This document shows positions 52,726-64,000 of a DNA stretch of 64,000 bases, piece after piece; the first letter of the stretch is position 1; each line of letters starts with the position of its first letter. The DNA lies in assembly GCA_951406725.2 (NCBI GenBank), contig OX597825.1, positions 23,684,001 to 23,748,000 of the forward strand, in the 5' to 3' direction. The stretch comes from Octopus vulgaris (taxonomy: Eukaryota). A program made the translations under genes and the position numbers. The notes under the pieces are model-generated. The model saw nothing but the letters and a program-made list of their open reading frames with translations. It ran no database searches and was not told the DNA's origin.

Positions 52726-53280
52726 AATAATAATAATAATAATGATGATGATAATAAATCATATTTATTGCCAAACTAACGTCGCAGTCCATAAAAATAG
52801 GATGAATGTGTCTATAGATAGAGGACGAATTCTGCTATTGATTAGCTCAGAGAGGCGATCGCAACTAGCTAGCTATATGATGCAAGAACCTGCGTCCATA
52901 AATAATAATAATAATGATAATGATAATAATAATAAGAAGAAGAATCGTTTAGAATAGCAATGTAAATAATGGAGTGTATTAGGAAATGTTTCTTTTTGTC
53001 AAGTTATATTGCTTGATGAAATCTGGCAAATAATCCGCTGAACTGTTCAGTGAAAATACGTTGGTCTATATTTATCTTATGAATAGATGCTAATGACAGT
53101 AAAACAGTCAAAATGAAAATGTTTATAATAAAGTTCTATTCTCTAGCATAGATTACATTCTCACTCAAATGTCTTTTCACCCTCATTTTTTTTTTTAAGA
53201 AAGGGATACGGAGTGAATATAAAGTACAGTGTTTAACATTCTTTGTATTGCTGTTTTAGTATAATAATATAATACAATTC

Positions 53281-53645
53281 TAGCACACCGGGTGAAATGC
53301 TTAACGGTAGTTCGTCTGCCGTTACGTTCTGAGTTCAAATTCCGCCGAGGTCGATTTTGCCTTTCATCCTTTCGGGGTCGATTAAATAAGTACCAGTTAC
53401 GCACTGGGCTCGATGTAATCGACTTAATACCTATGTCTGTCCTTGTTTGTCCCCTCTATGTTTAGGCCCTTGTGGGTAATAAAGAAACAGGTATTTCGTC
53501 AGTCTTTACGTTCTGAGTTCAAATTCCGCCGAGGTGACTTTGCCTTTCATCCTTTCGGGGTCGATAAAATAAGTACCAGTTGCGTACTGGGATCGATCTA
53601 ATCGAATGGCCTCCTTCACAAAATTTTGGGCCTTATCCCTAGAGA
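53281..53645 (+). mobile_element. Family-B SINE dimer (second unit with a different tail)
   Basis: Junction aaagaaacag|gtatttcgtc at about 53490. Confidence 0.88.
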
Positions 53646-53874
53646 AGAAAAGAATATAAATATAATCATATAATGCCCTTTTAGCATGAGAACGGCGGAT
53701 CAACAGAATCGTTAGATGTTCCAAGTTCAAATCCCGCCAAGGCTAGCATTGTCTTTCAACCGTTTGGGTTCCACAAAATAAAATAGTAGCTCAGTACTAG
53801 GGACAATACTATCGATTTACAACACTTCTAACAAAAATCTGGCCTTCAGTCAATATCTTATACTTGTGATGATC

Positions 53875-54207
53875 ATTGGACTGCGGCCATGCTGTGGCAC
53901 CTCCTTGAAGAATTTTAATCGTCGAACGAATCGACTCCAGTATTTATACATTTTAAAACCTGGTACTTATTTCATCGGGCTCCTCTGCCGAAACGCCAAG
54001 TTACCTGCATGTAAACACACCAAAATCGGTTGCCAAACGGTAGAGGGCGACAATTACAGACACAGACAGATAGACAGACCAATTCTACTTACAAGGCTTT
54101 ATTCGGTCTGAGGCGATAGTTGTTGACACTTACCCAAGATGTCACGTAGTGGACTGCATCTGCAATCATGTGGTTCGGTAACAAAGTTCTTACTACATAG
54201 ACACGAC
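53875..54207 (-). mobile_element. Old SINE family A copy
   Basis: Diverged but colinear. Confidence 0.7.
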
Positions 54208-54386
54208 CATTATATGAATTATGAAAATATCTTTTAAGGTGGTGAGCTTATTACATTTGCTAGTGCGTCGGACAAAATCTGCGATGCATTTCTTCTGATT
54301 CTTTATATAGTCAGTTCGAACCGACGCCCGGTCTATGTCGTTTCGATTAATGCGCAGAAACCCGTATATATATATATATATATCTA

Positions 54387-54464
<78 letters not shown>

Positions 54465-54707
54465 TACATGTGCGTGTTTGTGTTTGTGTGTGAGTGTGTG
54501 CACGTTTGCGTGTCCGTACGTTGTAATCTATAGCTGTCACCGCTAAACACCTTGGTTTCTTGTGCTTGTGTACCCGTAACTTAACAGTTCAGCGAAAGGA
54601 TGGATAAAATAATCGACTTAGAATATAAGTACTTGGGTCCATTTGATATACGATGCACTAGTATGGCTACTGCCCAGTGATCGAAAGAACAGGCAGAATA
54701 AAAGAAA

Positions 54708-54768
<61 letters not shown>

Positions 54769-55242
54769 TATATATAACATGTATTGAAATACAAAGTGAA
54801 GAAAATGAATTGAATAATTTACAATGGAAAATATTTATATTTGTACCAAAGTACGCAACAGATTTCAATTATATTCTAATATTGTTTAGTTTGTAAAAGA
54901 AAGAAAAATAAATTGGAACAATTTAAATTATATTAACTTTCATGATATCAGTCATGGAAATTCACATGCTTTCCTGAATCAATTCATATGATGCTGGTAC
55001 ACAGTGAATTTTGTAAAAAAAAAAAAAAGAAAAAAAAAAACTTAAAGAGATGTGAATTTTCAAGAGTAATACTACGGTTTAATTTATTTCAATTTGTTTT
55101 CCCTTCTCTTGCAGCGTGACTAAACTCTCGTATCAAACGATTGAAACAGGTAGCATGTTTTGATAAGCAAATATCCCTTTTCTTTCTTTTGTCCATTTGT
55201 CCATGATACAGATCCCAAAGCATTTTCTTCTTTGAGTTTGCT

Positions 55243-55293
<51 letters not shown>

Positions 55294-55446
55294 CATGTAT
55301 ATATATGTATGTATATATATGCACAAGTATATTATGTGTACCTATACGTATATATAAAAGTATATATATATATATATATATAAACATGTATATATATGTA
55401 TGTATATATATGCATATATTATGTGTACATATACGTATATCTAAAA

Positions 55447-55493
<47 letters not shown>

Positions 55494-55494
<1 letters not shown>

Positions 55495-55670
55495 CGGGAA
55501 GCTTTATGAAAATAAACAAAAGACGAAGGCAGGTGGAAAACAAACGAACAATTGTATTAGTATGGCGCTCAGGAAATATAAATAAAACAAGTCTTTAACG
55601 TTTCGAGCCTACGCTCTTCAACAGAAAGATACACAGAGAGAGAAAAACACAGAAAGAAGGAGAGAAAAAA
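55494..55670 (-). mobile_element. Short (TA)n-terminated element with hammerhead-like motif (family of 14064-14512)
   Basis: Minus strand tcttt-CTGTTGA-agagcgtaggctc-GAAA-CG-TT-aaaga. Confidence 0.7.
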
Positions 55671-55751
55671 AAAAAATATATATATAGTAGAAATATGTTA
55701 CGAAAAGAAAATATAAAATACACGTGGAAATGTAAGGGTATATATATTTAC

Positions 55752-55801
<50 letters not shown>

Positions 55802-56902
55802 ATATGTACTTTTATATTTATATATATTGATATACATATGTTCTTACGTGAGCGGTTTGCCAAAATAATAGAATAAATTAATTCGGATTTATATTTATTG
55901 GAAATGGTGAAATCTGAGCTTTCACCATTGTGTCTTAAAGCATTCCGAATTATCTTTCATTGCTTTCTTTTAGAATCATCATCGTGGAATTTTACAGAGA
56001 TGATACGATTTGTAGTGTTTATATTTCTCACAAGTTGCGATATTTGGATAAACATAAGCAATATACAGAAAATAGTGAATCGTTCTCGTATCTCTATATT
56101 CCACAACGTTGGCGTGTATTTGTTGACTTGTTAAACAGCAGCGTCAACATTCGAAAATAGCACATAAAATAAATTTACACATCAACAGGGAATAATGGTA
56201 GAATGGCGAAGATAAAATACTCCGGTTCCTATGTATTTATATTACGTTGTTGTTAACAGGCCACACTCTAACCGTTTCCAGGCAGCTTGTTTCAAGATAT
56301 TATTATTCCGAAGTAAAATTATAACTCAGGATTTATATATATACTGTAAATAAAAATATTATTTACCCCTAACATTCATGCTTGTAAAACACTTGCAGCA
56401 TAACACATACGAAAATCTTTGTTTAAAATCTGACGTTTACAGTCTCAAAATCTCTGAAGTGTATCTTTCACAGATCTTTAGTTGAACGCAAGAAACAATA
56501 TAACAAATTAATGTGTAATATATACTAGGTTATATAATATTTTCTGCATTGTGTCAATAAATCCAAAATATAAAACGTTCCAAATGGACATTAAATGAAT
56601 CTTTACAATCTCAATATATATTAATATTCTACAAAAACGCAGAAGCTATTCTTCTCATATTCCGACATTAGTAATTTACAGATAGAAATGGGAACCGCAT
56701 CCACCATTCGAGTTCAAAATGTTTTCGATATAAAGTTTAAAAGACTGCGGAGTTGCAAACATAGTACAGTGTCAAACTAAATGTATTATGGTTCCTCGTT
56801 AATTGCTTCTCCGTCATGAATAGTAACTTAACTTTAATGGAGACAGTTTTGCCGTTCATTCGTTCTAGGTCAAGACTTAACAGTCATATGCCGGTCTATT
56901 TT

Positions 56903-57495
56903 AAGGCGGCGTGCAGATAGAATCGCTAGAACGTCGGTAAGAAAAAAATGGAGTATTTTTACCGATACTCTCCGTTCTGAGTTCAAGTCCCACCGAGATC
57001 AACATGGCTTTTCATCATTTCTGGGTAGATTATATAAAGTCCCTGTTTATGATGTAACCTTACAAATACATTCCCTACTTTTAGGTCACTTTAAATGAAC
57101 CCTTGATTCAATAGCACTGTGTACAAACTGTATACTTGGAATGACCAAGGGTGATAGGGTAGACTAACTCATTCCTCTCAATGTCGACGGCCTTGTGCCT
57201 AAATCAAAGAGCATTTACTGCTGCTTATAAAATCTTTGCATATGATTATGCTAATGTTCTTTAATATTAGATTGTAGGATAAGCTGGCGAGCTGGCAAAA
57301 TCGTTTGGACGCCGGGCAAAATGCTTAGCGGCATTCTGTCAGTCTTTTCGTTCTAAGTTCAAATTCGGCCGAGATCTACTGTTCCTTTTATCCTTTCGGA
57401 GTCGATAAATTAAGTACCAGTTGAATACTGGGGTCAATGTAATCGAATTGCCTTCTCCCGTGAACTTGTTGGCCTTGTGCTGAAATTTGAAATCA
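56903..57495 (+). mobile_element. Two older family-B SINEs, the first interrupted by a 90-bp foreign fragment
   Basis: Heads at about 56903 and 57283; insert about 57058-57147. Confidence 0.75.
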
Positions 57496-57502
57496 ATATT
57501 TT

Positions 57503-57666
57503 AGGCGTAGGAGTGGCTGTGTGGTAAGTAGCTTGCTTACGAACCACAAGGTTCCGGGTTCAGTCCCACTGTGTGGCACTTTGGGCAAGAGTCTTTGACT
57601 ATAGCCTCGGGCCGACCAAAGCCTTGTGAATGGATTTGGTAGACGGAAACTGAAAGAAGTCCGTCG

Positions 57667-57723
<57 letters not shown>

Positions 57724-57938
57724 TTGTGTGTCTGTGCTTGTCCCCTCCCCTCAACATCACTTGACAACAGATGCTGGTGTGTTTACGTCCCCGTAACATA
57801 GAGGTTCGGCAAAAGAGACCGATAGAATAAGTACTGGGCTTACAAAGAATAAGTCCTGGGGACGATTTGCTCGACTAAAGGCGGTGCTCCAGCATGACCA
57901 CAGTCAAATGACTGGAACGAGTAAAAGAGAGTAAAAGA
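57503..57938 (+). mobile_element. Full-length SINE family A
   Basis: Complete head to tail. Confidence 0.93.
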
Positions 57939-58314
57939 GGGAGTATTAGATTGTCGGATTGGTGAAATAAGGTACAGGTAAGTAATCAACTGTCATTACA
58001 TTTTGTTGATGAGAACAAATATAAACCGATCTGCGAAGCTGCCGATCCTGTTTCGAATCTTGGCTGAAATGAATTAAATGTGTTCAATTGGTGTCTATAT
58101 ATTTGTGGTGGTTACGAATGAAGACGAATTTGTCCTTTGCTCCTTATCCTACCTTCATGAATCTATTTATAGGAAGAATCGATACTGTCCTCCCCCTGGT
58201 CCATGCACTTATATAAACGTGTTTGTGGATATGTACTGGTGTGTATGTATGTGTATGTACGTATATGTGTCTCTGTGTATGTCTTTATATATATGCTTGT
58301 TTATACCTATATAT

Positions 58315-58391
<77 letters not shown>

Positions 58392-58633
58392 TATATGTAT
58401 ATATATATATAAATATATGTATTTATTCATACGTACATATATATATACGTATATGTATATTTTTTTCTCTAGTTTCAGCTCAGAGCTGCGGCCATGCTGA
58501 TGCACTGCCGTATATATATATGTCTATATATATATATATATATATATATACGTGTATTTATATATACCTTACATATATATATATACGTATATACATATAT
58601 ATATATACATACATATATATATATATATGTATG

Positions 58634-58698
<65 letters not shown>

Positions 58699-59161
58699 AC
58701 ATGTATGTGTCTGTAAGTGTATATCTGTATAAGTATGTATATCGATTTCCTCCAAAGAGATTGACGTCAGTGTTCAGTCGCCATATTGCCGCACATAGCT
58801 AAAAGCTTGTGATAAACAAAGGCTATAGAGACTAACATACGTCGTTATTTTAAGCAGCAGAGCTGGAATTTAAGTTTATATTATTTCTCTTTTGTGTGTT
58901 TACTTGTTCGCTTGATTATTTGTTTGTTTAAGCTATCTTAAACTCTTATACGTTCAGCTATGTAAACCATAGGTAATGGCTGGTAATTCAGTAATCTTTG
59001 TGGCAGTAATCGTTGTGTTATGTGAGTGAATATTATGAATTTTGTGATCGTTGGGACATTACTGGGGGCTTCGATATTCCGTATTCCGTTGGCGTATTAT
59101 TCTAATATGTATGCATGTATGTATATGTGTCTGTATGTGCATATATATATAATTATATATG

Positions 59162-59194
<33 letters not shown>

Positions 59195-59240
59195 ATGTAC
59201 ATATATATATATATATATATATTTGTATGTATGTGTATAA

Positions 59241-59350
<110 letters not shown>

Positions 59351-59483
59351 TTAAATAAATGAATATATAAAAGAACATTAGCACTCATGAGAGATATCAA
59401 TGTTAGTGGCTGCAAGCTAAAACCGTGTAGACAAAATTTATTTTTACATATATATATATTGTGTTTGTGCGTGTATGTGTTTC

Positions 59484-59523
<40 letters not shown>

Positions 59524-60247
59524 CCAGTATGTGTGTATGTATATGCTTGTTTGTATGTATTTCAGCAAGGTGACGAATTGCCAGGTTTGTTAGAACGTAA
59601 AGCAAAATGTTCTGCATTATTTCCCGAGTTTCTTTGCGATCTGAGTTCAGTTCTATTTTCGTCGAAGTTACCATTATCATTCAGCCTTCTAGGTTCGATA
59701 AATAAAACACCAAACCCGGGCGAGGATTTAGAGCATTAGGTGGTATACTACTAGAAATTTGAGCGCTGAAAGCATCAACCGCTTGTGTCAAGCTTCATCG
59801 ATCTATGTCACTTCTTGTGACAACATGGGCGACATAAAGAGAAACAGAACAGTTGTATGTATGGATAACTGCTGGGTTCTGTTTTGCGTTTTGGAGAGGA
59901 CCTTTCACTACGTGTACTCATGAGACATACTTTTTATTGCAATGCATTATTGTGGTGATGGTCTGTTCTTCGAATGTTATTGTATGATGTATTTATTGAG
60001 CGGCTTGATGCATTGTCTTCTCATTTTCTTGTAGAGTTTATCGTAGTATATTGTGGATGTACAATTCTATGTTCTTTTCGCAACGTGTCTTCTAAATTTC
60101 GTGTAGACATCTTGAAACATCTTGTATATTTTTCTAAGTGTATTTTTGCTTCTGTTTTCCTTGAGTAACCTTGTACTCTTTTCCTGTAATGTCTTGTGGT
60201 GCATTCTTGCACATTCTACTAGAAATCTTCCTGTAGTGTATTTTTGT

Positions 60248-60540
60248 GTGGAGGCATAATGGCCCAGTGGTTAGGGCAGCGGACTCGCGGTTGGCGGATC
60301 GCGGTTTCGATTCCCAGATCGGGTTGTTGTGTGTGTTTATTAAGCGAAAACACCTAAAGCTACACGAGGCTCCTGCAGGGGAGGCAGGTGTCCCCTGTTG
60401 TACTCTTTCGCTCCAACTTTCTCTCACTCTTTCTTCCTGTTTCTTGAGTAACGCTACGATGGACATGCGCCACAGAAACCGGGAAACCGGGCCCATGAAC
60501 CTGGCTAGGCTTGAAAAGGGCGCATAAATAAATAAATAAG
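60248..60540 (+). mobile_element. SINE family C with 12-bp TSD
   Basis: TSD gtgtatttttgt at 60236-60247 and 60541-60552; A box tggcccagtgg, B box ggtttcgattcc. Confidence 0.93.
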
Positions 60541-60996
60541 GTGTATTTTTGTAATGTCTTCTTGGAATAATATTGTATCATCTCTTAGTCTTTTTCTTAT
60601 AGTGTATCCTTGTATTTCATTCTTATAGTGTCCGCTTGTAGTTTTCTCTCGACGCCAGGGTCATCCTAACATCTGTACATATTACCAACCCTTACTAGAT
60701 AAAGCCGAAGCGGCGGACATCTTTCTCCGCGCGCCACTACTAAATATTCATTGCCATCACATGAATGAGCGCACGAAGCTACAAAATTTTGAAACATCTG
60801 TCATTTCATGCCCGCTTCTAAATCTATCTGTCTGTGTCTACTTACATATGTATGTCTGTGTACAGACACATACATACATGCATACATACATACATACATA
60901 CATACATACATACATACATACATACATACATACACACACATACATGCATGCATGCATACATGCATACATACATATATTTATCTATCTATCTATCAA

Positions 60997-61069
<73 letters not shown>

Positions 61070-61190
61070 AATTAGAGATAAAACCACTGTTATGCAACCC
61101 AAATAGTGATGGACATAAACCAAAACATAAATAAGAAATAATATATATTTTTATTGAATTTTTCCCTGTAAGTTTGGAGTTATACTCCTT

Positions 61191-61226
<36 letters not shown>

Positions 61227-61227
61227 T

Positions 61228-61319
<92 letters not shown>

Positions 61320-62329
61320 CTATATATGTATATATATATATATGTGTGTGTGTGTGTATGCATGTGTATGTATTCTTCAAGTTATAGCTTTGTTTTAGAA
61401 GCTTGAATAAAGTAGATGTGTGTGTGTGTGCGTTTTGGTGTTAAATGACGAGACTAAAACATGATTTATGTCGAAGAAGAGCAAAAGGCGAGGCAGGAGA
61501 CTTTTGGGTGTAGTTTAATCCAATCACAAATCAATTTTTTATAATATGTTAGTGAGACGAAATAAAAAAAAAATACATATTTCATTACTAAACATCACCT
61601 CGTTGAATACATTGCTTTTTAAAAAAAATTTAAATATAAATGTCGGCTGTCTTGTTTTTCTGTTTCGTTACTGACGAGCAGACACGTATTAGTGATTAAC
61701 CAAGAGGAAATGATTGGTGAAAAAGTAAACTTCACAGCAGACAGAAATAACGATGAAAAAAATTTCCCAAAGTAGCCTGCATTGATTAAAAAAAAACCAA
61801 GATGAAAGAACTAACGAATACAAATATAAAGACAGAAAATAGAAACATCAACACCAACCAATTATGACAAGACAAAAAGTACAGCAGCGAAATAGAAAAA
61901 TAGAAACGTAAAAAAATTGACCAAAACTATAGTTTGACAGTCAAGGCTGCATAATTGGAAAAAAACTATTGAATTCAATGTTCTGTGAGATTCCATGTAG
62001 AATTCTCCAATCATTTCATTGATGTTACTGGGTCTCTGTTCCAACAGAAAAAGTTGGTCTTTGATAAACATATATTCTTTAGATCTGAGCACATATTTTA
62101 TTACGGTAAGACTTTTTATGGTTACAAATGATATTAATTTGACAATAATTGCTATGGGTTTAGCGGATTTGTTTGGGGGTGGGACAAAACTCAGATATAG
62201 GTTATCTTCAGGCTCTTTACGTTCTGAGGAGAGATGTCGCAGAAGTGCACTTAACCTTTTAGCTTAGTAGTTTCTTCGAAATGCAGTAACAGTCTTATCT
62301 ATGGTACTGACAAACCCTCACTAAGGTCC

Positions 62330-62550
62330 TTTCCGAGCCATAGGATTCATAAGGCCGTTTTCCTGGATTCTGTAGTATATACATCCCCTCTTGGATGGGG
62401 CGCCAGGTCCTTCACAAGATTACTCATTTTTGCCAGCAGAATGGACTGGAGCAATATAAAATGAAGAATATTTCTCAAGAACATAACGGACCAACTGGTC
62501 CAGTAATGGAGGCCACGATCTTACGAATATAAGTGTAACATTACAACCAC
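62330..62550 (-). mobile_element. Old SINE family C variant
   Basis: Diverged match to 24381-24645; similar old copies at about 17530-17660 and 26900-27100. Confidence 0.7.
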
Positions 62551-62776
62551 TATTTCATGATCACGAGTGCAACACCATTAAGACATCTGCTTCCAATCGG
62601 AATAGAGGGCATTATCATGTGTACTAAGCGAAAAGTCCTGATGTTGTGTTGCCTCTGTCCACTACGTTAGAGGAGAATTATAATTATCGCTAAATGTGAA
62701 TAGGTTGTTAAAAAACAACCTACATTGCTAGAAATAAGAGCTAACTTAGAGTATATATAAATTTCTCTGTCTTTCG

Positions 62777-62833
<57 letters not shown>

Positions 62834-62835
62834 AT

Positions 62836-63240
62836 ACTCTTTACTCTTGTACTTGTTTCAGTCATTTGACTGCGGCCATGCTGAAGCACCGCCTTTAGTC
62901 GAGCAAATCGATCCCAGGACTGATTCTTTGGCAGCCTAGTACTTATTCTATCGTTCTCTTTTGCCGAACCGCTAAGTTACGGGGACGTAAACACACCACC
63001 ATATGTTGTCAAGCGATGTTGGGGGGGGGACAAACACAGACACACAAACATACACATACATATATATACATATATATGACGGTCTTCTTTCAGTTTCCGT
63101 CATATACCAAATCCAGTCACAAGGATTTGGTCAGCCCGGGGCTATAGTAGAAGACACTTGCCCAAGGTGCCGTGCAGTGGGAATGAACCCAGAACCATGT
63201 AGTTGGTAAGCAAGCTACTTACCACACAGCCACTCCTGCA
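62836..63240 (-). mobile_element. Full-length SINE family A
   Basis: Complete head to tail. Confidence 0.93.
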
Positions 63241-64000
63241 CTATATATATAAATTTATAATTTTAAAGACAATGTAGATACACTATTTCATAGACGATGT
63301 AATTATTTCTGAATAATTACATCATTCATGTTGAATCACCGTTGGGCGTGATGTATATTAGATCATAACAGAACTGGAAATTATATTGAAATGCAATGAT
63401 TGTGTGTGATTATCACACGTGCTATCATTATTAACCTATCCTAACGAACTAGTTTGGCTATATTTTATGTATTTTTACAGAATTAATGTCACGTACTTAA
63501 TATTTATGCCCAAAGTAAGAATATCTTTTCACGAATTTACGAAGTAATATCAAATTTTATTTATTTACGTATTGCTCGAAAATTATGATGGTTAAGCTAA
63601 ATAACCATAATAAAAAAAAATCATATAATTTCACAAAATATTTAAATGATAGAAATACAGAAATATAAAAAAAAAAAGAATTGAATAAAAATTGAAATGA
63701 ATAGAAAAATCAGAAAGTTGACTGTTGAACAATACTATTTTCGCATTACCTAGAAATGAATGAAAGATTGAATGAATATTAATGAATGAATTCTTTAGAA
63801 TGATGTGGAGAAATAAACATGAATAATCCTAAGATATGGAAACCTTTAAAACAGTTTATAATTAACTTTGCTTCACTCAAATGAGATACGGTCGTTGTAT
63901 TTAATATAAACGAAATAAGATTTTGTGTAAACAACCAAAATAGCGATATTCAACTAGAAGGATGTTTGGAAAATTAAACGATAAAAGAAGACAAAAAAAG

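Overview
AT-rich, very repeat-dense eukaryotic genomic DNA. The density of (TA)n/(TACA)n/(TATC)n/(TAA)n microsatellites and the three tRNA-derived SINE families point to an octopus (coleoid cephalopod) genome; this is inferred from recalled repeat sequences, not from a database search. Most ORFs in the supplied track are microsatellite or SINE artefacts. Real protein homology is limited to decayed transposons: a hAT (Buster/Charlie-type) transposase, DD34D and DD41D Tc1/mariner elements, a Chapaev3-like relic, RTE, CR1, HERO-like and APE-LINE relics, and a stack of TAA-targeted Dong/R4 3' ends. Two non-autonomous Helitrons are also present. One candidate host-gene 5' end (minus strand, about 44.1-44.9 kb) has good splice signals and a signal-peptide-like first coding exon. 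The most striking signal is about a dozen minimal type-I hammerhead-ribozyme-like motifs from several unrelated short elements, mostly beside (TA)n tracts and in or near long fold-back palindromes, as expected for Penelope-like element termini. Several have non-canonical cores, including a G3-C8 compensatory swap at 34781-34831. A second recurrent signal is one SINE family that repeatedly forms head-less concatemers and tandem duplications with triplicated flanks.
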